A stretch of DNA of 64,000 nucleotides from Octopus vulgaris (Eukaryota). Position 1 is the stretch's first letter. Each line of letters begins with the position of its first letter. Under the pieces are notes generated by a model. It saw only the letters and a program-made list of their open reading frames with translations. It made no database searches and was not told the DNA's origin. The stretch spans positions 43,586,001-43,650,000 of the forward strand of contig OX597820.1 in NCBI GenBank assembly GCA_951406725.2, in the 5' to 3' direction. A program made the translations under genes and the position numbers. This document shows, one piece after another, positions 12,422 through 25,837 of this stretch.

Positions 12422-13862
12422 CATACATACATACATATACATATGTGTGTGTAATTGTGTACGTATGCCTGTATGTATATATGCATATGTATATACGCAG
12501 CAAAGATACTTATCCACTTACATATGCACATACATGTTATCGACACGTATATGGAGATATACATTCATATATATGTGCGTGTATACATACATGTATATTT
12601 ACACACACATATCTACACATGCACACATACATGCTTACATAGAAACAAACAGATATATGTGATGGCTTTCCATGAAGCTTCTGTTCGTGAATTTTCACTC
12701 TAGCCCTGGACCAACTTAAGGCATAACATACTTTCGCAAAATATATTTTCTTCCTGAAAAAAACTAATAAATACCAATAAATACTAATAAATACTAATAA
12801 ATACGTAAATGCGTAAATTCTGAACTAATAAATACGTAAATGCTGAACGTGTCTTGTTAAAGACACCGCCCTGTCTCCCCGAATTATTTTGCCATTGGTG
12901 ACACGATTTCTTTGCCCCCAAAAGCTGGAGAGGCACGTTGTTTTACCTTAATAAACCCTCACATATGCACCCAAAAAATTATAGAATCTCTACAAACCAA
13001 ATACTAGTTTTCTGCTCTACATTCAACCTACTACCTAGATAGACATATACATATTAGTACATTCCCTCATTTTCATGAGAAAGAGTGTTACCCACATTTG
13101 AGAAAATTTACATAACAGTACGTGCTTTTCTTAACATTCAACTGCCACCTCGACCGGAGAGTAATACCCGAAAACCTATCTCTTCCTAATACACTTATCA
13201 CATCAATTATTTTCCCCATATATACCAGCTATTAGCCTAATGTATCCTGCAAATGACAACCAGTCGACATAATTGCTGTATTGTTCAGACTCTATGATAG
13301 CTCGGGCTAACTGCAGAGCGGTGTCTGCAGAAATTACTCCGAACTAATTGTTTCTCATCAGGCGCTTGCAGCAGCAAGGCTACTGTGCTCGTTTCTTCTG
13401 TGTGTTTTTGACGCTTAAAGCATTTCTGCGGACGCTAGGCTTCTCACTGAAGCCTGAAACATGAGAATGTGATACCAGCCAACGCAGCCAAATTCATTTT
13501 TAAGTCCACTATAGAACACTCTATACAATCCTTATAGAAAGAGGAGCATGTATTATGCATTTCTCAATCTATTTTCGTTGCCCTTTATTCCTAAGAAAGT
13601 CGAACGGGTAGAGCTATCAGACACCCTCTACATAGGGTACTATCATCATTACACTTACCTACTCGATTCCAAAGCGTGACCAACTGGAACAATGGACATT
13701 ATCCAACCATCTCGTTCGGGTTCTACTCCCATGTTTACTGCCGTTTTTTCTCTTTTCTCAGCATGAACAATACATCTTGAGAGCCTAAGTGATGTTTAGA
13801 GTACCGGGTCTTACCTTTCAGTGCAGAGAAGTAGCGTATCGACCTAGTGTTCCAAGGTAAAG

Positions 13863-14045
13863 ATGAGAATAAGTGTTGTGAAGAGGAACACGTTGATCTT
13901 CCCAAGAACGCCTTTCCTCTGCGCTCTGTTTCTTGGCGGAACCTCACCGAGGCAAGTGGTGAAGTTTAAGTATCTCGTGGTCATATTGACGAATGATGAG
14001 AGGTGAGAGGCTGAATTTGATGAAAGAACTGTAGATGCAACTACT
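13863..14045 (+). pseudogene. RTE-clade LINE reverse transcriptase fragment (domains 6-7)
   Basis: MRISVVKRNTLIFPRTPFLCALFLGGTSPRQVVKFKYLVVILTNDER*EAEFDERT resembles the QVEEFKYLG motif of RTE/Rex3-type RTs. Confidence 0.7.
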
Positions 14046-14700
14046 TCATCGACGGAGTCAGATACACTCCAAAATCGGTCATTCTGGTGATTTACAGTCT
14101 GTTCGATGTTAAATATCTTTTTATGAATGAACACCAGATTGGGCAGCGTGCCTTCAACAATCTGACGCAGAATAAGACGACTTCTCTCTAATGTCACGAA
14201 CTTATAAACTTGCGAGAGCTCATGACGGTGAATCATATTGTTGGCGTGGGGCCTGACATCCTCCTTCATCATTCGATACATCGATGTTTGGCTTATTTGT
14301 GGCAGCCAGTCTTCTGACGGAACGACGAGTATTTCGCCGTATCTTTTCTCTGATACTTTTGATAAGCTGAGGTGTCCGCCACTTCTTTTTCGGCCACATC
14401 TAGGACGACTGGCGTTGGAACCAGTCTCTTGAAATTTCTTGACAATTTTCCAGACTATTTTTCGGTTAATTTTAAGCTTTTTTGATATAGCTATATTATT
14501 TTCATCTCGTTTGTAGAGGTTTATGATTGTATTTCGGTCTATAGCCATTATCTAATCTATAAATCTGAATTTATTTAGTCTGAACTAAAAAGAAGACACA
14601 CTAATTTTTAATAATGATGTATTATTTCCATATCTTATCACGTTTATTGATAGTTTTTAAAACCCGAAATTTCCATTGCCCTAATTTCTGGATATATTGC
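14046..14700 (-). mobile_element. Tc1/mariner (maT-like) transposase relic, N-terminal half
   Basis: HTH region RNTIINLYK..ISKKLKINRKIVWKIVKKFQETGS..RPRCGRKRS and first catalytic region LPNLVF.HKKIFNIEQTVNHQNDRFW. Frameshifted and truncated. Confidence 0.85.
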
Positions 14701-14733
14701 GTGTGTGTGTGTGTGTGTGTGTGTTGTGTGTGT

Positions 14734-14773
<40 letters not shown>

Positions 14774-14799
14774 GTGCGTGCGTGCGTGCGTGCACGGGC

Positions 14800-15080
14800 G
14801 ATGTACTGTTCCGTCGAAGCGACATCTCAGTGTTCAGTTTTTGCCGGACGACCTATACAAATAATTTGTTTACAGTGATCAACGGTATGTGCTGTACATT
14901 TGCTTACTCCGTCCATCAAATCCACGTTGCCTGAACAGATGCACGTTGTCAAAGTGATCGCAGAGCGACGTGAGATGAAGTGTTTTGCGCAAGAATACAA
15001 CGTACCGCTCGGTCTAGGAATTGAAACAACAATCTCGCGATTGTGAGTGCAACGCCCTAACTACTAGGCCATGCGTCTCC
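14800..15080 (-). mobile_element. Old tRNA-derived SINE with CORE-like body
   Basis: Minus strand GGAGACGCATGGCCTAGTAGTTAGGGCG..GTTTCAATTCC..TTCTTGCGCAAAACACTT. Confidence 0.75.
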
Positions 15081-16360
15081 TACATACATATACATGTGTG
15101 TGATGGGGAAGTGCACGCGTGTGCGTGTGAGTGTGTGTGAATATACATGTCTGCTATCATTTTCTTGGATTCGTTGCCTGATATTCTCCGCCCGTGCGTG
15201 TATCAAGGGCTCTATGCTCTAATTAAAACTATTAAGAATAGTTTGTAAGTCATAATTATTTATTTTGTCTTCTGTTTCCAACAAACGCTACTGCATAAAT
15301 ATTCACATAAATACACACCTTATGGCCATTAGGCTGTGTGTTTTGCTACCAATATTTTTTTGACTGTGAGAAATCTATCATTTAACTTTACACATTCTAT
15401 TCTTTACCGCCAGCATTTAAGTTCTTTAGGCAAGATTTTTCCATTGACTATCAAAAACTGGTTAACTACTCTTGTCTGTAACTAGATTCTAACATGGATC
15501 TGCAATCTATGTATTACGATTCCATTACATTGCCAGTCGTTGCTAAGTTTCTGTTGCCATTGCTATTAATGTGCCTTTCATGAATATAATTTTCGAACTT
15601 AAGGATTATGTTTCATGAGATTCGTTGCCCTTATCATTTTGTCATTTTTTCTTCTCTTTAGCTTGGACGTGTGTGTGTGTGAGTTAATGTTAGTCTATAT
15701 AATGGGAGAAAGCTGTGTGAAAATTGAATCTACTATGCTTCATATGTTGGAGTGCATGTTATTTATCAATAGATGTGTTTGTAGTAGTTACATTTATTTC
15801 TATTGCTGAAATATTTAGTATTTTACTTATCTTTGTTTCGTGTTAATTTGTAATCATAGTTATTTATTGTGACTGAAGTCACAAATTTTCGAAGTATTAT
15901 TTTTATGATTCCGTAGTCAGAAATGGCTAATGTGTCACTGGGAGGATTGTTTGAAACCAATACGTGGTTTTGGAGAAGGACAAAAATCCTTCTCTTTCAC
16001 TTTAGTTTTGTCCCTGATAGACTTTCCTCTAAATAAACAGAGACATGGCAGAATCTTTAGTGCGTAGGACTAAAAGCTCAATGCACCTGGATGTTTGCTT
16101 GTTGCCCAAGTTATGAGATCAAATCTGATTGTTAACTATTTTCTTTTCAGAATCAATAAAATAAAATTGCAGACCAGCGCCTTGGACATGCGAAAGTATG
16201 AGGGTGTCCGACAGGAGGTCTTGCTGAGTGTTCTGAGTGTTATGATGATAGGTTTAATCGGTCACCACGTTTACCACCTACACCCGATTTCTGGTTGCAT
16301 TTAGAAAATTTACCATTCTCGCAAGCATTCAAAACAGGTACCCAGTTTACTGATGATTTC

Positions 16361-16732
16361 ATGAGTGAATACTAGATTGGGCAGAATGCCTTCAACAATC
16401 TGACGCAGAATAAGACGACTTCTCTCTAGTCTCGTGAACTTATAAACTTGCGGGAGCTCATAACGGCGAATCATATTGTAGGTGCGGGGCCTGAGACGCT
16501 CCTTCAGCATTCGATACGTCAATGTTTGGCTTATTTGTGGCACCCAGTTTTCTGGTGGAACGACGAGGATTTCGCCGTATCTTTTCTCTGATACTTTTGA
16601 AAAGCTGAGGGGTCCGTCACTTCTTTTTCAGCCACGTCTAGGACAATCGGCTGTGGAACCAGTCTCTTGAAATTTCTTGACAATTTTCCAGACTGTTTTT
16701 CGGTTAATTTTAAGTTTTTTTGTTATAGCTGT
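16361..16732 (-). mobile_element. Internal fragment of the same maT-like transposase
   Basis: Colinear with about 14120-14495, has no TIRs, and is flanked by a 34-bp direct repeat. Confidence 0.85.
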
Positions 16733-18154
16733 ATTCAAACCAGGTACCCAGTTTACGGATGATTTCTTTCAACCAGTAACGCTGACAGTGATAAAAGAAA
16801 CTATTAGCCGTGCAGCCATTCCTTTACCGACTAAGCGTTCAAATATTCGTCGTTTCATAATCTTATATACATGGAAAAAATATTTTAACTTCTGATGTAA
16901 CGACAAAAATGACTAAATTAATTTTTCAGCACTTTTTGAGAAATATAACTTCGAAAGGTATTAGTAGAATGATTAAAACAGGGACACAGCTTTTATCGTG
17001 TATCATAAACAACAGAGAAATTCAGTTCAGCACTGAAAGATTCAGTTATACTCGCTAAATGTACTTGTCTCTTCCTAGTACCAGTTGCTGGTATGAATGA
17101 TAATATACTAAAACGATAAATAAGCCTAAATTATCCGAATGCTTTATTTTTTGATATAAAAAAGTATTAGTGACAATATCTACATAATCGATATTTTAAC
17201 CCGAAGTTCGATCTCTGATCTATTCACATGGCTTCACATTTTCGGTTATGTTAATTAGCTGTTCAGTTAACTAAAATCAGATTTCTATATACATGAATAA
17301 TTTGCATCGCAGCATTATACTTAATCATTTAAGTATCGTTTCTGTCATATATATTTTTTCTTCCAGTATTTTTATTGGAGATGTTTTGTATCTTTTTTTA
17401 TTTCTCCAACTGTTACTATGAATACATATTGATCACTTTCCCTATATCTTTAATAGTTTTTCTCCCTCTCTCTCATAAACATACACACACGCGCACGCAT
17501 ACTCTCCCTCTCTCTCTTTCTCTCTCTCTATCTCTTTCTGTAATATATTATCACTTCATCAGTTAACATTAAAGATTTGAAAATTTACAAATTTCTCAAG
17601 ACGCAAAGTTCTTACAAATAAATAGAATGAAGTTTCAACACTCTACCAATTATTTGCAATGATTATTTCCATTAGAATTTTCACATTCTATGCACAGCAG
17701 CAGTTTTTTTTATGTCCCCTCCACGCGCTATTCACGTAAGTTATTGTATGAAGGATATTTTATTGTTGCCAGAAGTCACGAATTGGTAACTTTTCGTGCC
17801 AACCACAAGCAACAAGAAATCGTGATCTCTTCGGGAGATAATATATAGATTTAAAGTAAATCTAATTCCTAAGTCCTATCTCTTGAATAAATCAGTACAC
17901 ATCTGAAGAAAATTTAGAAAAAAAAAGAGAAAAAGAAAAGCACAGTTATAAAACATGTCTGTATTTCATTTTCTATTCTCATAATCGCTTTAGCATAGTG
18001 TAGAGTCACAAACAAATTAAGTCACACAGGACATTCATTCGCCATTCGGCAAGTTTTCTGTCATTCTACAACGTTATTTCAATGTCGTTAACGCAACACA
18101 TCTATTATTTAAAGATTTAAATGCCCATTATAATTTAATTATGGTTCTAGTATA

Positions 18155-18187
<33 letters not shown>

Positions 18188-18382
18188 CATTATTCTTTTA
18201 TAATCGTTATAATTATACAAAGAAAAGCCGCAGTGAACTGTATCTATATTGTACTATTTAGTTTCGAACATCTCTGATCTATATTGAAACGTGCTATTGA
18301 ATTTAAATTTTCCCTCCTGAGATTTTGTGCATATACATGCATACGTACATACATTTCACACAAGCACACACATACACACACA

Positions 18383-18430
<48 letters not shown>

Positions 18431-19382
18431 TGAGAGATTAGAATTCCATGTATTTAATAACAGTTGGATTCAGTTCCAGATTACTTAAAGTTTTAAGGAC
18501 CTGCAGGTCCTCCATCTCATCACATGTTCGGATGGTGTGAAAGAAATTTACGATTAATCCTAGATTTTAGGCATCTAATGGTGAGCTCAGGTTATGTGAT
18601 ATTAATACTATCAAATTGACACGGCTATTATCATTATATTTAGGTCAACCTGTTCAGACAGGATGTTGGCAGGATCGTGATGCGAACTAGGACATAATAT
18701 ATTCAGTTCCTAATATTGGCTATTGCACATTGTGAGGTAAAATGTTGGCTCGAGTCAGTAGTTCAGTCATCGTTCAGTGGAGTTTGAACACATCATTGCA
18801 GCAATCTTTACGTAGGAATAATCATTTTGATGTTTTTTGGGGGGGATGGGTGTTAGAATTGAGGTTGCATAACAATCATAAGTGGTATGTATTCTATACG
18901 AGCGGCTGGGATTTAATGTCACCAGCAATAAGCCCAGTTAATGAACATCAGGTTGTCATTTACAGTTCGAATATACCACCCTCACCGTCGGCCTAGCTAA
19001 CCCACGAGTACAGGATATTTTAATCCCTGCCAACCATAGAGACAACTAACAGCCGCATGTCAGTCATGTTATCCCATTTGTAACCCGACACCCATCAAAT
19101 GATTATTTTCATGTGACGATTGCTACCGCTAATATTTTCATAATCCATTGAATGATGACGGAACATGTGGCTCGCCAACAGCGTCCCACCGTACAGACTG
19201 AACAAATGAAGCTAAAAATAAATAAACTGATCTTCGTCGCTGTTTTCCTTTCAAACACTCAAATCTGCCTCCAAATGTCTTATGAGATGGACGTGTACAA
19301 CACGCCCAACTAATAGACAGATAGATAGACAGATATATTATACACGCTCATACACACACACACACACACACACATATGGGAG

Positions 19383-19490
19383 GGAGACCTCCTTCGGTCA
19401 TGAATGACCCTTGGGATTGCACCTAGAAAGTTACCCTCCCAGTCACAAGTCCTGGCAAGGCTGGCAGTCACCCATGCATACCAGCCTCAA
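19383..19490 (-). mobile_element. SINE family B 3' fragment
   Basis: Reverse complement of about 39675-39790. Confidence 0.7.
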
Positions 19491-19643
19491 AATTTACGCA
19501 AATATTAAATAATACATTGTTTATTGTTATCCCTCTACCACCTATACCAGCACATTATATAATCAATCTATTTTAAGAGCCACCTTCGTTAACTGTCATA
19601 AACTACATTTAAATAACAGTCATTTCAATACTACTACAACTTC

Positions 19644-20100
19644 GAAGGCGGTGGTCTGGCAAGTTGTTATTACGTGAGTTCAAATTCCGCCGAGGTTGAA
19701 TTTCCCTTTTGTCATTCGGGGTCGATAAAATAAATACCAATTGAGCATCGGGGTCGATCTTACCAGTTTGGCCCCTCCCTCAACACTGCTGACTTTGAAA
19801 CCATTGTTACTGCAAAATCAAAGGCAGTGAGCTTGCAGAATCATTAGCTTGAGGGACAAAATTATTTATCCCCGCCTTTTTAAGTTCTACCTTCAAACTC
19901 CACCGAGGCTGACTTTGCCTTTCATCTATTCGGCGTTGATTAAATAAATACTACAAATGCAAGTGCATTGGATGAGTAGAATCGGCAAATGTATTGTGAT
20001 ATTTAGATTAATCCTCTTTGTGTTATCATTTAGAATCTTAACCTGTAAACTTTACTCTCCTTCCGTAGGTCGCTAAAATATGTACCAGTGAAGTACACTG
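19644..20100 (+). mobile_element. Three successive degraded SINE A copies
   Basis: Recurrent AAGGC.GTG..CTGGCA / CAAATTCCGCCGAGGT / GTCGATAAAATAAATACC motifs. Confidence 0.7.
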
Positions 20101-21162
20101 CTTTCCTCGCCGAATGTGAAAACTTCGTCAGATCTCAATCCTTCCTTGAATGACAGTAAGAAAATATAAACTTTACTTTGAACCTTCCATATAAAAAGCG
20201 CTATTATTTACATTCCACATATAGTGTTAATTTGAATAGTTATGATGATTATAACCTAACTTTCCTGAGAAATAGATAATTTCCTCCAAAAGTAATTAAG
20301 ATTAAGTTAGTAGACCACAAGTATTGAGAACCTTCTAATTCCTATCTGCACACTAATTAGTGTAAGCCCTTTACGTTTTGTGTTCAAATCACAGCGAAGT
20401 TCATTTCGCATTCCAGAGACCGATCAACAAACAACCAGTCGGTATTGTTCTAGAGTTCATTTGACTCTAACCCAGTCTTAGCTACTTAAGATCTTTTGGC
20501 AAATGTATGTAAACTATGTTTCATGCAGTAAGCACGAGTTGGTTAGCAAAAATTCCCGGTAACCCAAATCAATAATCCGATTGTATAACTGTGCACGTCG
20601 TCTAGTCGCCTCGTTTGAAATATGATTATATAAATTTTAGTTTTGAAGTTTCCAAAGTAATTTACTCTAGTTTCAAATCAAAATAATGTTATAATTATCT
20701 GAAAGAATAATTCAGTAGTCATTTGCACCAAAACTACATTACTAAGAACGCGAATATCCTTCAGAAGGAAATTAGGATTACAGTGGAGCACTGTTTTCGA
20801 CGTTGAAACACATTTCAAGTGAAATGTAAATTTCTCAAGCAAAATTACTGCTCTCATTGCTTTTGTGGCTAAGTTCTCTCAAAATATTGAAACCTTGAAT
20901 CTATTTGATTTGAAAACATTTTTCCACTTCAACTAATTTTGAAATATTGAACTTCTATAGAGGCCATCACCAAAAAATGGAATTTACAAGACACTATCTC
21001 AAAACCTCTTCTCCCTATAGCACTCATGTTGCCTACCTCAGTAAAGACATCTAGGGTTTCTTTTATATTTTCCCAATTAATAACGCCCGATTGCTGATCC
21101 TGACACTATTATGAAAAATATTAATGTCATAACATTTCAAAGTTTAATCCCGTAAAATATTG

Positions 21163-21600
21163 ATTACAAATTTTAGCAAAAGGCCAGCAATTTCGAGGGA
21201 GGGGCAAGTTGATTATATCGACTCCAGTATTTAAGTGGTACTTATTTTATCGACCTCGAAAGAATGAAAGAGAAAGTTGACTTTAGAGGAAATTGTTCTC
21301 AGAACTTAAAGGCAGACAAAATCCTGTTAAGCATTTTCCCTGGCGTGTCAACGAATCTTCCAGCTCGCCGCCTTATTCCCGTAAAATATTCGTTTCTACT
21401 CTAGACACAAGGCCCGAAATTTTTTGGGAGAGGCCAGTCAATTAGATCAACCCCAGTACGCAACTGGTACTTAATTTATAGACCCCGAAAGAATGAAAGG
21501 CATAATCGAACTTAGCGGAATTTGAACTCGGAACGTAAAGACAGACAAAATGCTGCTAAGCACTTCGCTCTGTGTGCTAACGTTTCCGCCAGCTCGCCGC
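21163..21600 (-). mobile_element. Two tandem SINE A copies sharing one target site
   Basis: Copies at 21163-21375 and 21392-21600. TCCCGTAAAATATT(-like) occurs at 21148, 21377 and 21603. Confidence 0.85.
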
Positions 21601-23167
21601 ATTCCCGTACAAAATTGAAACACATTCTTGTACGGAAACGTGAGCGTTATTTATATATCTTATTATTCGCTGAAATCATTTCACATCTTAAATAACGTTA
21701 GTATTCCTGGAAATATGAGAACTCATTTTCTCTTATTTTTATACCTCGTTGACATAAACCAATATTACTTCAAAGTTACGACTCGAAGGATTATTTCAAT
21801 ATCCATTTAGAACAGAAGTAAAGTGAATTTGGCATTCGAGTAACTGCCTTTCAGATATGGTAAAATGTCTAGACATGCCTTTGTTTCTCGTTGAAAAATA
21901 TATTTTGTTACTACAAACAAAAATATTGTTTTCTACGAAAAAAATATTTTCGTAACACAAAGCAATTCGTTTTGGAAATATTTTGATAGAAAGACTATTT
22001 CTTACAGTTCTCTATCAGTATATTGTGATGCCTCCTACAAAGTAATAAGTATATTAGTCAAGACGAGATTCTGCCCTTCTGTATTTAACCAGAAGTAATA
22101 TTTATTTGCGAGGTTTGGGTTCTTGAAAAAGTCGTCAACCTGATGTGTAAATACTATTTAACCCTTAATTATATCCTCAATGTGGTTATGTACAACCACA
22201 CTGATGTTCCAATATTCCAACTCTAGAAAAGGGAATTAACACTGGATTCATTTAATCAATCAGATATATATTCGTTATAATACAGACCACATAGTTTCTC
22301 TGATAGATAAGTTAGTTTAGTAATAAAATTATAAGTTTTGTAATATATATTTAATGTATATCGGGATAATGGCACAGCATTTTTGTGGATAAAACTTCTT
22401 TATTCCATGTCTCAATTTATCTAGCTTTAAAATTAAGGCTTCGTTTGCAAAAATAGTGATAAAGAATTATAGTAAAAGAATTATTTGCAATACGATGTAT
22501 GCTCTTCTCCCACTTTTCACTCTTAGAGAAAAACATTCTCCACAGAAGACAAAATAGAGGTATGCTTAGAAGCGATTATCTTCCCCTGGACGGCAACTCT
22601 TTTTCGTTCTCTGTCTCTACCACAGTATATACAGCTTCCAAAAAGATCACCACGTGTATATATATGAATTCTTAATGTTTACCTTGGGAAACTCATTCCT
22701 CAGTTATGCTCAAAGGAGCAACGTTATACTTAATATCCTCAAAAAACTATCAATTTTAAAGAAAGGGTCATGCACAAACATGATTAAAAGGATTAGTTTC
22801 TCACTAAATTAATTTATAATATAATAAAAGAAAGAATAGTAGAAACAATCAGGAAATGATTATTTCAAGCAAAAAATAATCATTTCCGTTCTGAGAATAC
22901 CTCTATATCGTGATGTATATTCTCGCATTTATGAAATATGTTTATACTCTTCTCTTCATCATTCTCAGATGAGACTGATGAGGAGATGCCATAGACTCAC
23001 ACTCATTAATAAAACATATTGATGTCATAGACTTACTCCTATTAATAGAATAAAAAAAATAATAAACTCCAAATCTTTGATGTAATTCTAATGCATCGAT
23101 TATTCCTGTCGACCAAAAATTGTAAACTATGTTGAAATGTTCTCTCAATATCAATATGACACAATAT

Positions 23168-23372
23168 TGGTTTCAAACTTTGCCACAGGGCCAGTAAAAC
23201 AGGTAATGTGACTAGAGGGGATAAGCCGATTACTTCGACCCAAGTAATCGGCTGGTACTTATGAAAATGTAAAATCGATTCCGGCGGTATTTGAACGCAG
23301 AACAAAAAGACAGAAGAGATGCTGCTAAGGATTTTTCCCGGCGTGGTAACGACTCTGTCAGCTCATCACGCT
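23168..23372 (-). mobile_element. SINE A, degraded
   Basis: Similarity to the family consensus. Confidence 0.7.
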
Positions 23373-23927
23373 AATAGAACAAAATATTAATATGACAAAA
23401 TAGAACCATGTCAGAAATTGAGCACCGAACATAAAATATCTAAATCAAATAATATAGGCTTATAGTAATTTAGTACGGCAGTTTAACACTTCTGTCGACA
23501 CATCAATTCTTCAAGCATTTGAATATATTAAATATGTATGAAATATGTATAATGTGTTCACATAACTTAAGATTGAATGAAACTATTATGAGACGCTTTG
23601 TATATGGATTAATGTGTTATTTTCACTTTGCTCTTCTCACTAATGCTTGCACTTCTATACCAGAAATATGTTCTCTCAAGAAAGAGGCAAATTATCAGAG
23701 GAGGGTTGTTAACTACAGTGTTAATACAATTTCACTGCAAGCGTCTTGAAATTACACGTCCTGTCACATTAATTATGGAGTACTACTTGTTAAAGGCTGT
23801 CAACTAATAATCAATCAATTATTCTAATCTAACATTGATCTTTCAAAATACGATTCCAGCTGATAATCAATTAGGTTCGAATCGAAAATAGGTGTGAATG
23901 ATATACATTATGCATATGTATACATAC

Positions 23928-23959
<32 letters not shown>

Positions 23960-24123
23960 TCTATTTTCTATTTTCTCTCCCTCTTTATTTCTGTGTTCCT
24001 TTCTGTCGAATAGCGTAGGCTCGAAACGTAAAAGACATTTTCACTTCCCGAGCGTTAAACTGATACAACTTCTCGTTGATTACACACCCGTCTCCGTCTT
24101 TTGTTTCTTTGAAAATTCACACC
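23960..24123 (+). mobile_element. Penelope-like pseudo-LTR fragment, copy 2
   Basis: Lies between (TA)n tracts and is homologous to 5494-5725. Confidence 0.65.
23995..24036 (+). ncRNA. Minimal type I hammerhead-like motif, variant core
   Basis: CTTT-CTGTCGA-A-TAGC(GTAG)GCTC-GAAAC-GT-A-AAAG; stem I is CTTT/AAAG. Confidence 0.5.
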
Positions 24124-24127
24124 ATAT

Positions 24128-24229
<102 letters not shown>

Positions 24230-25134
24230 AATCAGTGCAGATCTTTACTCTCTATATTGTTCAACATGTGTTTCAGCAATTTATACGAGTTCATATCACA
24301 CCGAGATCAACTTTGCCATTCACTCCTCTAGAGTAGATAATATAAAGCACCAGTAAATTACTTAAGTTCCTCTGTCCCACTCTCAACCTCCTTTCAACAT
24401 TACTGGAAGTTTTTACCTGTTTTAGAAATTATTGTTATCAGTTATAACCATAATTGGGCCCGGCATACACTTGTTGGCTAAGTATAATTCTTTTAGGAAA
24501 AAATGAACTTGCGCGTTGACATAGAGAGGTAAGATGCATGATAATTGTTGTAAGATGGCGTATGGTAAGATGCTCCTCACGATCTTTTCTTTTGAGTCGG
24601 CAAATTGGTTCTTTTGCTTCTATTGATTAATGCAGTATAGCTCGGCTTTGCTCGGGATTAAGTCAGGATTATTAAGCTAATCAAGCTCTTTATTTCAAAC
24701 CAAACTAAGTAACATCGACGTCAAATTTGAGCGAAATCCGTTGAAATTGGTAAACTTTTGGCTGGAAATGAGTTGCAGACAATTTGATTGGGAAATCCCA
24801 TAAGGAATCAGTTTATTCATTTCTACTCATCGTTTGTTTTGTGTTTTTTATTTTCGTCTTTGAAGAACTTAAAGCATTCAAAGATCCCATGAATCCTAAG
24901 TAAAGCTGGCATCATACCCAACCCAGTTCTGCAGAATCAGTGTCGCGACAAGAGAGCATGGGTTGGTAGTTTGATCGGCAGAGGTGATCAGGTTGCATAT
25001 GCCAGCCCTTTTGAAAGCAACACCCCATCATTATACCCCTCCCTTTGCCCATGAGTTGGGAACCCTTCCAGCAAGGAAAATAGAACGCCCCCGATCCTCT
25101 GTGTGAGAAGCGGTTATATACAGATCACAACTAA

Positions 25135-25172
<38 letters not shown>

Positions 25173-25269
25173 GCAACACGCACTAAGTATATATATATGG
25201 GCAACACGCACAGACATATACGTACATACACCTATTGCATACATGTTTTTTGTACGCCTTTGCCCTGTC

Positions 25270-25614
25270 CCACCACCACTTCCTGTCCGGGTAATACCAT
25301 CAATTGAGGTAAATTTGGTACCGGACGTAAGTTTTGTAAGAGGAATAGAGATGCCTACCTTCTCACGTAGAGATGTGAGATTCAGATCTCTCCTTTCAAA
25401 AACATGAACAGTTTCGAAACATTGTTTACAAAATAATAGCTGATCGTTTGCGAAGGAGCGTGTCTACAGTCAATACTTAGGATTTTTGCTCTGGTAACTT
25501 CTGCTCTCTCCCATGTTCAGACACGACCAGCTATATGTCGCTATGAGTAGAGCAACGGATTCAGCTAATTTGGAAATTAGTTGTGAAGAAACGGAGAATA
25601 TTGTTTATATTTAG
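25270..25614 (+). pseudogene. Helitron PIF1-like helicase C-terminal relic
   Basis: 25507-25614 reads SPMFRHDQLYVAMSRATDSANLEISCEETENIVYI*, matching the FSHGQLYVAxSR..TxNIVY motif VI region. Confidence 0.75.
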
Positions 25615-25780
25615 TGTATATATATATGGGCAGCGCACACATGTGTTTTGTACGCATACATGATCGTGTGTGTGTGCGTGTGACTGAAGCCATTCACAGA
25701 TACATACATACATAACAACCCCTTGTATGTCTGCTTTTGTCAGTCAATCACTCACCAAAAAGATGAAATTTTAAAAATCT

Positions 25781-25837
<57 letters not shown>

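Noticed and set aside
11686-12642. 318-aa ORF and the many poly-I/L/Y/S/V/YI/CM ORFs across the window
   Set aside because: They are translations of microsatellites that lack stops in some frames; no domain content.
12850-13840. Complex unique-looking sequence (also 15200-15600, 18500-19300, 24440-25130, 31100-31480)
   Set aside because: Probably ancient TE debris with at most faint APE or DDE hints; nothing supportable without a profile search.
13844-14548. 234-aa ORF as an intact transposase
   Set aside because: It drifts out of frame internally, lacks the catalytic aspartates, and its C-terminus is antisense RTE sequence. It is a chimera of two relics.
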